From assembly GCF_001625305.1 (NCBI RefSeq), contig NW_017802379.1:4341479-4405478 (forward strand): a stretch of DNA of 64,000 nucleotides, written 5' to 3'. Source of the stretch: Branchiostoma belcheri. Taxonomy: Eukaryota. Position numbers and translations under genes: made by a program. Below are positions 29,601-41,712 of the stretch, piece by piece. The notes under the pieces were generated by a model, which did not search any database, had not been told where the DNA came from, and saw only the letters and a list, made by a program, of their open reading frames with translations. Each line of letters begins with the position of its first letter. The stretch's first letter is position 1.

Positions 29601-32600
29601 GATCTGGCATATCCCCAAGTCCATCATACTGGTACAAATGTAATTTCACAAACTGTTGTGGACGTGTTATAAAGTGTGATGCAAGCATGTGCAGCTTTAT
29701 TTCAGCTATATGGCTGCTACTAGCTTGAAGCTAATATAGCATGCATGCAGCAACAACAAGTAGAATGTGACTTTTCATGCAAATGCACAAATTGAGCAAA
29801 TATGCCTAACTTAAACACATACAAGCTGTGAATGATGGTCACAGCAATTCCTAAGACTTACAAGATCCCCCAAATTAGTGTAGGCCTGGCAAGCCATGCC
29901 AAGTTCGGCAGGTCGGAACCGAGGCTGAGGCCTCTGCTGATTTTGAACTTGAACCTGTGGTAGAATGTCCTGTTCATCGGGGCATATGTTCATCATACTC
30001 CCAAATGCAGGCCTGCCTGTGTCTATCACCTATATAGTGGGGTAACAAAGGAATAAATTTGACTGGCATTAGAATGAATTAGCTCACCTGTGTTGGAGGG
30101 TGATATAATCAATGACAGCAGTATAAACCTTCTTTCCAATGCGAGTAAAATCCATTCACTGAGCATTACTAGAACTTTTGATGAGTGTATTTTACTCATG
30201 TTGGAAAGAAAATTTAAACTTTGATCAAAGATCTTGGATTAAAGGTAGAATTAGAATATTTAGCTGATTTGGTGTATCAAGGTTTTGATTCATTCCTTTG
30301 TGTCCCCACTTGTGCTCAGCATGTTACCTGGTTTTAAGAATGACCATCATCTTCACACATGTACATATGAAACTGCACAAGCCTTTTGAAGAACAGTCAT
30401 GTTTGGGTTCCTGATATTTTGGTTGTCAATGCCTTTTCTTTATGCACCATTTTCCTCGAGTTTGAGTTTTCCAGTTTATGGATGTACCTACCAAGTTCTG
30501 TGTGAGGAGAGACTCCACCGCTGGCGGCAGCTGTTTCTCCCAACTCTCCTCATCCTGGTCCAACATGTAGGTCTGTCCACAGACCGCACGAACCTGCAAG
30601 GTCGAAGATAACAGGTTAAGGTCAAACTTTATGCTTCAGACATGCAAAACAGTCATGAATGGGAACTTCTTTTGCTGTATTCTATATTCAGATTATTACT
30701 ACTACAAGAGACCTTGAAAACCTCAAAATATCATGATTTACAACAATGTGAAAAAGGTTTGCAGCATTTGAAGGCCTTTCAGTACCATGGACAGCAGGGT
30801 AGCTCTTTTAAACAACTAACCAAATGTAAAAACCAAATTGTTCACCTTGCCAGTTTTGATATTCCGGATGTAGATGCCCTCATTCTCGTCCAATGGGATG
30901 GCCTTCCTCTTCATCACCACGGTAACCTCCACGGGAGGGACGTACTCCTTCGGGCCGCGGATCATCCAGCGGTCACCAGGCTTCCGCTCAACTCCTCCGT
31001 CCTTCTGCTGCACAGAAAATTCCATGTTACATTAAATGTTATTTAGAGATGACAGCATGTCAAAGTGGTAGAGATTATAGTGCGGTAGAAGCATAGAAGT
31101 TGAGGGCGATAGATAGTGGCACAATAATCAAAAGCAGTGACTGGCATGGTTGAATGTGCACTCATAAGAGTTAGTTAATTCACAGCAAATATAGAATCCA
31201 CAGAAAACATAGAATCCACAGCAATCTACAGGGGGCATATCTTAACAGCTTTTATATCCTTGAATCATCACTTGACACTGTTGTTCTAAGCAAATCCAAA
31301 GAATTCACTAAAGAATTGCTATTCAAAGTTCACCTGGCAGCTGTAAAAAAAAAACACCAGGCAATCAAAACCCTCAAAATTACCTTGCAGTTCATGCTAA
31401 ACTTGACATACAAAAGAACACTATACAATCAAACAAAATTAGTTGCAATTGCCAAGAACCATGAGTTTTATTTTTCCATGCCCTCACACCGCAAACTCAA
31501 GCAAAGCTAGAGAGGTTCAGCTGCTGTAGTCACCAGTGTTTTCTGGGCACCAGGTTCAGACGACACTTCTTCAGCTTCTTCTTCATCATTCTAAGCAAAA
31601 CAGACTCGCTATGAAATACCTCACAGGAAACCTTTTACTGAGGTGAAATCCTGACTAAAGTTCAGTCAAACATGAATTGGTGATCAGATGGGAAAATATT
31701 GTTTCTGACATATTTCTTTAATGCAAAAATAAACAATTGGTGTTCTTACAGCGTCCTTGTCCTTAAAGGCTTCATTAGCCTTAAGGATGAGTCCTTCATC
31801 CTCCTCCAAGATGTACATGGGCTGGATCCCGTCTTCAAGTGTCTCTCCTGGCTGCAGGAAGAAAGACTTCTCTCCCTGAAACAAACCCAAACACCTTTAT
31901 TACATCCTTGATGAAAAGCGGGGCTCAATACGTAATTCCTTGCTTTTCCTTGAGTTGACAAACCCTGAACAGTAGTTCATTATGCACCTGAATTGGTCAC
32001 CAAAAATCATGTTGGTTATAGAAGGATAGTTGGTATTGTTTCATTGTTGCTAACTTTTCCACAGACATACACAGGCTCACAGGCTCATAGCTAGTTAAGA
32101 GTTGCCAACATCATGAGCAATTCTTTGACTATCTGAAAAGATATAAAACTGTCAGTACTGACCTTGACGAGCTTCCGCTGGCCCAGCTGGGGTTTCCCAT
32201 CCTCTCCTACAGGGTCTACAATCACGGCGTATTCACGGTTACTCAGGGTGGTGATGTTGATCACCCCAACAACCTGCAACATTAACATGGAAACTGAAGT
32301 TTAAAGATCTATTAGCTTGATTTTCATATTGTATGAAGGTTAGAATTCTAGTGTACATGCCAAATATCTAAATAACTATTTACCTACTAATTACTTTCTC
32401 AGCTTTTTCCCTTCAAAACTAGCCTTTAGGCAGGTTTGTTAGGCTCAATGATTGTGTTGATATTTGTACAGCCTCTGTTGTCAAGCATGCACTATAACTA
32501 CAGTGAAAACGGTGTGTTCAGGGTCTTGTACCTCTTCATAAACATCAGGAATGTGCGTCTCTGTGTCCTCCATGGTGATGAGCCACTCCTCACCACTCTT

Positions 32601-35598
32601 CCTCGTCTGGTTCTTGAAGTCCTTGAAGGTCCTCAGTGCTCTCATGTGCAGGGCTTTCTGTAACAATTACACAGACAAACACATGGTCAGCGGTGTTATT
32701 AATCAAATTCTGGTATAGTGAAAGATGTCAAAGCAACAAAAACATACTTTGACGGAGATAGGTCAGGAAATGGGTGCAAAGGGGAAAGTTTGAAGGATAG
32801 TGTTTGCTAGGAAAATGGTTGAAAGGAGTGTTTCCTACACACCTTTTCTGTCAGGACATAGGCGTTCACCACATCCACAACCTCCTCATACGCACCGGGC
32901 AGATATGCTCCAACCTTCTTCACTACCCATTCCTCGCCTGAAGGGACAAAACAATTGTACATTAATTTTCAAATTACACACTGTTATCAGTAGGCTTTCA
33001 TAGAAAAACTACTAGTATTACTGCAACATGTTAAACTTGTGACTCGTACATATTTTGTACAGCTATGTGTTGACAGAGACTCATCATACTTTAGATTGTG
33101 GCTTATATTTTGTGAAAAACTCAGATCATAATACCCACAGTAGTAGTCTTCATGCTTCATTTAAAATAAAAAAAATTTAACATTTTGTGCAAAAATGTCT
33201 TGAATCTTGAGATTCACCTGTGACCCTGTGGTTGCCATCCCGATCTTCTGTCTCCTTGCGCGCCCTCAGTTTGATGGCCTGGTTTGGCAGGATAACGGTC
33301 GCACGGACAGTCTCATCAACTACAACCTCCTTCCTTGGAATGTAGGTGCCTGTTCAGGGGCAAGAAAAGCAGTGTAAGACATAGTGGCATCTGTAGAAAT
33401 TAAGTGTTAGAGATCTTAAAACAACGCGTTTTCAATCTTTGAATTTTTATGCAGGAATTGGTGATATTCAGCTTTGGGAGTGTGCCTGTGAACAATTTAT
33501 AAAAACAAAAATATGCTTCTGGAATTTGTGAGTACTCTTGAGAGTGTATTGAGCAATGACACTACTAGCTCTATGTCACTAGAATCCAGAGTATCTCACC
33601 AGGCCCTTCAAACAGCCACTCATCTCCGGCCACTCTCTTCTGTCCAGTCTGGTCCTCAAAGTCCAGCACTGCCCGCAGCCTCAGGGCCGTGTCTGCAGAG
33701 ACCACCTTCAGGGGTGTGACATTCTGGAAGGGGGATGGCAGTTTTAGAACAATGTATCTTTTAACCTGTATCTTGCTGAGGTAGCCGTTTGGCACCGAAT
33801 TGGCATGACTACTTGGTTATGCAGCAAGAAGGTAATACATGCACTTGTATCTGCATCACAATTGTACAATATTTTTTTGAATCAAAGTGTAAACCTTAGT
33901 ATAATTCAGAAATGAAAACTTTATCAACTCTGCAACTGATCTGCTGATCTGATATTATTATAGGGTTCCAAAATTTAATTAGCAAAGAAATGTTGTTATT
34001 GAATCTTGACAGTCCGAAGTAAGGATATTCTAGAATCTCTGTCTGGTAACCTTAATTACACATGACCATTTTGTGCAATACAACCTTTGGGAAGAGGACA
34101 AAGGGACATTCTACATTGTATATCATATCACAATTGATTTTATCACCCTTAATGTACTTTGAATCTTTACCCTTTCAACAGTAATCTAATAGTGGATCAT
34201 ACACTTCTATGTACCCAAAGTAGTTATGGTATTGCTGTAACAGTATACTACATGTACTAGATCATTTAGATAAAACCCAACTCAAATATATGTGTACATG
34301 TATTACTACATTGTGTATTCTAAGAACTGATGCTATCCTGCAACCTTAGAATTTAATGATAATTTTTTGTATTGCAATTGACTGGTAAAAGCTAAGTAAA
34401 TACAAACAAAGGTTATGATATCTCCTCTTTAATGATCCCTTTGCAGAAACATGTCAGCCACCTGTTTGAGTGTTTCCCCCGGGTACAGCGGGAAGGGGTC
34501 CTGTGCCAGCCGGATCTCCAGGTCTGCGTGGACCAGCTTCACCTGTCCGCTGGTGTCGTACACAGGCGCGCCGTCCTCCCCGCGCACCACCGGGTTCTCC
34601 ACCACGCAGTAGTGACGCGGCGGAACCGTGATCATCTTCTCTGGAGGCAGCACAACTCTGATGACAATTAACATATTTTACTTCAATGCCAAAGTCACAA
34701 CTACACAGTAGCAAAGTAAAAAAAAACAACTGCCATACATTAGTGATCACCTCAAAAGGAAGCAATCTGGAGACAACAAAGCCATGTGAGCATAATTTTA
34801 TTTTACTGACAATATTACCAGTTTCTTAATGAATTAGTAACTGGGTTTTCCAAGGCATAATTAAGTATCAGTTGTAAATGACTGATATGCAAAATATATG
34901 TTTACTTGGGATCTCTACTGGTTGAATTGCAGATCGGAGTCTCTACCCTAAAATATACATGTCATAACACATGTACATGTATATTGGAACTTTATAATGA
35001 TTATGACAGGGTTTTGTCAGTGAGCAATTGTTCTTCATAGTAGTCCTTTAGTAACAAGGTTTTCTCAAGGTCTGAGAAAAACCAGTTCCCAAAAATGTCA
35101 TTCATCAAATTCTATTAGCAAGATGGCATCGACTGCAGAACAATGTAATGTTATTACGCAATGAATTATTCAGTATGCGAATTCAAGCAACTCTTCAAAA
35201 AACCTTGGGTACCAAAATTTGAAGGTTATACCAAGAAGCTTTCAGTAATGTTTCTTATAGCTCTGGGTACACAATTCATGATCCTACATGTCCTTTACCT
35301 ATATGTAGTTAGGAATGACATCTTGTGTAGTGCTCATTGTACTGATGACTCTTTCAATAAGTGGGCGTGTGCATGTTTGCCACTGGCTCTAGGGTTAATG
35401 TTGATTGTACTGTGGAGGTCTAAAGAGTAAAGTCACATACTTCTCATTGTCCTGTCGGATGTAGGTTTTGGGCCCAACCTCTGTCCTGGTGACGTTGAGG
35501 TTCTGGTCCAGCACGTGCATGTAGTAGAACGGCGGGATACGGAAGATGGACTCCTCCGAGTTCCCTCCCGTGAACCGACCCTGCTTTCTGTCCGTCAT
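26697..35598 (-). CDS. MVP: Major vault protein, about 18 coding exons
   Basis: Colinear with human MVP along its whole length. Anchor peptides are [267 protein letters not shown] and [18 protein letters not shown]. Approximate exons on minus: 35441-35598, 34462-34663, 33609-33723, 33228-33350, 32843-32937, 32532-32660, 32163-32273, 31750-31875, 30846-31007, 30492-30596, 29347-29484, 28859-29051, 28516-28653, 28252-28314, 27842-28105, 27411-27538, 26987-27174, 26697-26853. Confidence 0.95.
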
Positions 35599-38295
35599 CG
35601 TTGCTGATTTTTGTCGAGACTATGATACTGTAAAAAAAAAAAGTAGAGGGATTTATTTTGTATGTGTGGTGTGAGCATATCAAATCGTGTAATGTAAAAA
35701 ACAGTCACAATAAAACGTCTATATTTGTCAGGTATTGTCATGTCAAATGTTTGGCCATATTTAGTCTTAACGTTTCTGGCCAACATGGCTGGATGTCTGG
35801 CTAGTACATACCTCTGTCTCACCAAGATAGCCTTGTACTAACTGACCTGTATCTATCCAATGATGCTTGACCAACCTAATCTTTTCCCTGTTGCTGCAAC
35901 TAAAGGAGGCCTGGAATGGCATGCACAAAGCCGTCCTTTTGTGTCTTTAACACAATCAGGTCCTGTGACCAGCGTACTCTACACAAAGGTGTGTGTGGGC
36001 GGGGCTTGCCTTTGCAAATAACAAATATCACCTGTTTGTCTTGTGGAACAGATAGGGCAAACATGGCTCAGTTTTTTACCTGTACCTGTTGTTGGATGTT
36101 TTTCAGCATAGAATGTCTTCCCAATGGTTGGTGTGAATGCTAACATTAGGAATATTCAGTATTTACAGTTGTAGACTAATAACGAGTGTAACATTATATG
36201 TATTACGGCTTGTCCTTGAAAATATGTACCAAACAGCCCATTAACATCCCAAACATATAAATCTACAGATAATTGACTTAGGGTTAATAAATACATAGGT
36301 TGGCAATCGTAAAACTGCTGTTCATCCTCTTTTATATCCTCCAATGGACATGACAAGCAAATTTACTGTTTTTAAATGATTTAAAAGCATGACAGTACAG
36401 ATCACAACTGTATTGTCAGTTGTTTGATCAGTGAGCTTCAAAAACATTGCCCTTTACCAATAGATATATTTTAGTTTATAAGTTATTAAGGTTAAGAGAA
36501 ATGATACCCTGGAATCCGATTTGCATATGAATAAGGGAGCATGTCAATGCCTCTTATCAGAATTAGTAACCACTGACATCATGAGCTAAGCTGGGTTGTG
36601 ACATTTCAGTTTAAGCTTTAGTCCCGCACAACTGTCAAATTTTGTTGAGCTTGGGGGCCTTCAATGATTTTCTCAACACTGTCATTTTTCCCAACTTTTG
36701 TTGCTTTGCATCCCCAGTTGCATTGGCAATTAAGAATCATTACAATAAAATGTTATGACCAAAAATGCTTTATTCTTAAAATCATGCCTGCCTTTTAAGT
36801 TTGATTATCTCCTTTCTTGTGGAGTGAAGCACTTGAAAATTCCACAACAGTTTTCTGGTTGATTTTAAATGGTTCACAAAATGTAGCAGCTATTGCATAA
36901 ACACATGCAACACCTTAAATCTCTCCAAGCAAATTGTCTGGCACAAAAAACATTTGACGCCACATCGTTTGACGTCATCAGGATTCAACTTGTTCAAGAT
37001 AACTTCCTGATCCTGATAAGATCAAGATAACCTGAAAAATAATTGTACAGCTACAATAGGTGGATCGTTGAAAATATGCAATTTGTTGACTTTATGCACG
37101 TTGCTTGATTTTGAAAGTTGTTGGTGAAAAAAAAAAAGAATTCCCGTCAAGAAATAACCTGTGCTACTTAGTATTTAAAACTAACATCATACTTCACAAC
37201 GAAACACATGTCATAAAGAAGGATTATTATACTTATAACAAATCAGCAGAATTCAGTGTAACAGACTGGTACGAAACAGGAACTATTCGCATTCAGCATG
37301 CTAGAGAGAAATGTACTACGTCCAAAAGTCTAATATCTAACCCAGTCTGTTCCTCTTTTACGTACATGAAGTCATGATCATCAAGATACAGAATAATCAT
37401 GGTCGAGCAAGTCTGGAGTACATTTCGTATCCAGGAGGGTTTGCCACCAAACAATGCACGTTAGATCCACGTCCTATCTCAAGTAAGGACCTTAACTACC
37501 TTATGTCAATGCTACTGTAACGTCTACCGCAGAAATACGGCAAGGAGAGTAAGAAAACTTGCTCAAACCTGCAGCGTTTCAGCAGCTCAGCCCGTCCTAA
37601 CACACCCCACAAGGAAGTAATATAGATACAGCTATGGGGGCGTGGCAGGTCATCTGCTACTGACCAATAGGAGTTTCTGATTTTGATCACATGGTTATAA
37701 GATCGTGGCGTCATTGGTCGAAGGGTTAATTGGGTTAAACCCCCGACACTGCTACGCAAGTGGTTTTGGGTTTGAGTCATCGACCTGAATAGAACTTGCA
37801 ACTTGTTGTGCAACTCCTGCCAGCATGGCTGATGTTAACACTTCAACAAAACAGATTACATGTTGTCATCAAGAAAGAAAAGGAAACCTACGCATACATG
37901 TGCTATGATTGGGTGTCCAATTCATGAGCAGCATGGGTGTAAACAAAAACTGACATGTGGTTGCTAAGGGGCTATCTGCAGATGTGATGTTGTGTCCAGG
38001 ATAATATGTGACTAACACAAAAGTAGCAAACTCTGCAAAACAATTTCAAGAGTTCAAATTTTAAAGGCATGCATTTCCCAGATAATTTCTTGTTTTATTA
38101 TCAGTAATTAGGAAATGCAATATTACTCAGTAGTATCATGGTATGGTAAGAGCTGCAGCACTTATCATGTATTATGTACAGCTACATTGCCATGCATAAG
38201 TAACCTCCAGTTATACTTATTAAGTAAACCTGCACCCCACAATAGATACATGTGGTGAGTCATTTTTTTATGCTTATGCATTACAGTGACTGAAC

Positions 38296-38760
38296 ATGGC
38301 TATTGATTTTGCCTCCCAACATCTGCTTGCAGGATTGTCCCGGTGGCTCGATGCTCCCGCCGCATCAATCACACTCAAACATTGCAGGCCATCGCGAGCA
38401 GAACCAACTTCTACAGGCTCTCGTTCTTCCCCCGTACCATCAGGGAATGGAACGAACTTGAGCCTGGTGCGGTGGAGGCGGGGTCTCTCGCCCAGTTCAA
38501 ATCTGAACTGGCGAGGACCCTGCTGCATTGAGTCACCCCATCATGTCTTGTATATATGTAAATATTACTAACGCACTAATGCACTTGTCCTGTCTTTAGC
38601 ACACACAAAATCAGTTGTCTTATGTTCCTTTCTCAGTTATCCTTGTTTTTCCCTTTGTTTTTTTATGTACCGGGCACAATTGTTACTAACAATACTGCGT
38701 AACGACTGCCAATAATACTACTCTGTAGTGCTGGGCAGTAACGAAGAAGAAGAAGAGAAG
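38296..38760 (+). mobile_element. Probable 3'-terminal fragment of a LINE (C-terminal ORF2 remnant plus 3' UTR)
   Basis: The ORF tail ...TNFYRLSFFPRTIREWNELEPGAVEAGSLAQFKSELARTLLH ends at 38531. The SFFPRTI..WN.LP block resembles the conserved C-terminal motif of CR1/jockey-type ORF2 proteins. This identification is from memory and is uncertain. Confidence 0.35.
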
Positions 38761-39379
38761 AACTCTAGGTACCTTAGTACTACCAAGGAGGCTATAGGGG
38801 TATTACTACTACTAGTAAACTATGTCTCAACACAAAATATACACTCACCAATTTTCTCCAGGATCGAAGCACCATTCACTTTGGAAAGGTGAGCTTACAG
38901 GCATGCCATGTCAGCAATCTGTCAAAAGTACCAGGATGCAATACCTCTCCCCTCTCTTGATGAATGATTGTTGGTGATGGTGGTTAGTTGGTAGTGCTCA
39001 TACCAGGGTACAGAACTCTGATGGCTAGGCTGGGATATGGACCCTCAAACACTCAAGATTGTTAACACTGGACTACAGCACGCTACAAAGATTGCTGCAG
39101 ATATCTAAAGTACAGTACCTTAAAAGGTTTTAGACAAAATCATCTCCTTGAACAACTGTGAAGTGGGATACCTTGTTAAATGATTACCAGTACTCATTAA
39201 AGCAATGGAAACAATATTTAGGTTGTAGTACATGCAATTTATTCCTGGCACTATACATATATTTTCAGTCACAGTTCCAGATGTTTATAATCCTGTGCCA
39301 CCAGGTTGTTGCTGTTTTCTTTACACATTTTTGCCTGCTTATCAAAAAAGTCAATGTTTGTTGTTTTCTATAGCCTGGT

Positions 39380-41196
39380 CTATGCTTTCATGTTTTCCTC
39401 CTTTGTGTTATAATCTTCTGCATCATAATCTGTGGACTTGTGCAGATGTTTGTGATCATAGATTCTCCTTGGTTCTGACATCATCATGCCTCCATCTACC
39501 ATGGCCTGCTGGAACCTCTGGACCTGTGGGGGAGGAACAGTGTATGAAGTACTGTATCAACAATTCAAGCTTAAGGAGAAGAAACACAACTGTAAACAAG
39601 GGAATGAAAGGGCATTGATGATGTAAATCTTAGGAAAGGTCATCTGAATAGAATAGTGCAGAGCAACACTTTATACATGAGAAAACCTGAATATGTTGAT
39701 TTATTAAAAATTGTTTGTATCAAGGAACAGACTGTACACTCAGACATTCACTACAGTATTCTTTTAAATCAAATAACCAACAAGTTAATTGGTGTTACTT
39801 TGTCCAATTTGTTTTGTAAATCATAACTATGGTATCTGCAGTGTTACAAGTCTGTAGGATGGCTGTCTTACCGTTTCTGACTCTAACTTGTGTGGAACCA
39901 TGTCAAACTCCATAAAGTGGATCCCGGCCTCTAAACACCGCTGTGCCAGGACATGTCCGATGTTCTCTGCTGCAGAAACATCACTGAAACAAGAAGAGCC
40001 ATGTTTTAACGCTTCAATATTCAAGTACACTTCAATATTCAAGTGCAGCTGATTGATGATGAAAGGATTCAGAAAGGCTAAAAAGGAAGCTGCAGATTTA
40101 GGCCAATCCTGATATACATGTACTTAACTTTACAACTTGTTGGAAAAGGAAAATTGTTCACAAGGTATTAAAGCTATGGGAACATACCTGGTGCTATAGA
40201 GGTGTTTCCTTATGGGCCACTCAAAGGACGAGGCAGATGCAACAATGTGACCGTTGTGGTGCTGAACATACCCAGTCATATAACGCTTACTCTTCACAAA
40301 ATGACACCTTAAGAGTGAAGAAAAAACATAATAACATTACATTACATTACATTACATAACATGTTATTTTTCAACCTTTAGCAAACTGAAGTACTTAGCT
40401 GTTTGGCTACCAATTATCTATTGACTACAGTGTTAGGCAGCAAAGATAAGGTTAGACACACGTTTTCTACAGAAATGTAGCTATGTAGGTACAAATGTAC
40501 CTGTGCCAACACTCTTTTTTTGGCCAGGTTGTTTTCCAGCCCCTCTCCTTCCTCCCTAGACCCATCCTCTCCAGGTTCCGAGGGTTACGGTTGATGAAGT
40601 TTGGGTTGATGATGTCATTGTCCTCAGTGTCGGGTACACCATAGTCTGGGGTCTGTGTTGCTAGCCGTCTCACTGTAGGGAATTGAACATTGTAGACAAA
40701 CAAATAGGGAACATTTCCACATTACAGCTGCATACTACATGTATCATAAAATTATTATACAAGGACAACAACTGACATAGCCTTCACTGTGCAAGAAAGC
40801 TAAATTGCATGGACTTTTAAAAAGAACGTATAATTCCCTTTTATTATAGTAAAACTATACCACTTCTACTATGTATATTAATTCTGAAGGGTTAGGTGCT
40901 TAAAACGGTTATTATTCTCTCAAAAATTATATGCCTCACAAATTATTTTGTTGTGGACGCCCCCCTCCCCATATGCGCCACAAATTATTGCTAGAGTATA
41001 TTTCTGAGGTTCATAGAGTATTCTGGGCATCAAAATACTTTACCTGCAAATAGTCTCAACGTGGGACAGTAATGCTGAGTACTCTGCAACCCGTCAGAGG
41101 ACAGGACTTGGCGAAAAATCGTCGCCGACTGGACGGCAAGTGAAGGACATGTGGGTCGCAAAAACGAGGTCCTAACAAAGTTCACACAAGCAGCCA
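39380..41196 (-). CDS. MRPL18: Mitochondrial ribosomal protein L18 (uL18m), 5 exons
   Basis: Approximate exons on minus: 41035-41196 (MAACVNFVRTSFLRPTCPSLA..., a presequence), 40511-40671 ([30 protein letters not shown], compare human [24 protein letters not shown]), 40188-40307 (GYVQHHNGHIVASASSFEWPIRKHLYST), 39872-39983 ([24 protein letters not shown], compare human [23 protein letters not shown]) and 39380-39523 (QRFQQAMVDGGMMMSEPRRIY..., stop TAG at 39380-39382). All junctions are GT-AG and in phase. Confidence 0.85.
40335..40358. repeat. (ATTAC)n microsatellite
   Basis: Direct read, in an MRPL18 intron. Confidence 0.9.
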
Positions 41197-41712
41197 TATT
41201 AAACAAACGTTGAGCCAAATCAAGCTTCCAAAGATGCTCTTGTAGTACTAGAACCTGCTGAAATCCACGTGAAGCTTCAATGTGTTTTTTGTAAACGAGA
41301 TTTGTGGCGGAATGTGATATGAATGAACTACCACTGATTCCCAAGTCGTTCTATCTGCTTCCGGGTCATCGGTTGTCACCGACCTAGCAAAAGCGCCGCC
41401 TATCGATTCAGTTTCAAAGTGCAGACTGAGCCTCCTCGAGGTGTTCCAACATGGCGGCCAGTAGTTGTTGTGTTGGCATTATGTTTGCCTAGATATCGCC
41501 AGTATCCAAGCTTCTGTTGCATCAAAATTGCCATGTAACACAATTCCCATTGTGTGAAAGGCTGCAGAAGCAGTAGAGAAGGTTTCGTGAGTGACAGAAC
41601 GATTTATTGTAGTTGAACGGAGGGTGTAACGTTACCAGGTCAAACATAGCCTGTTTGATAGTGATAGGTGAAGTTCTTCGAGCCACAACAGTTTTGTCGG
41701 ACTGAAGCCAAA
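41197..41712. promoter_or_regulatory. Shared bidirectional promoter region between MRPL18 (minus) and GPR89 (plus)
   Basis: The two ATGs are divergent and 516 bp apart. The region contains CAACATGGCGGCC (~41449-41461), which matches the YY1 core AAnATGGCG, and no TATA box. Confidence 0.5.
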
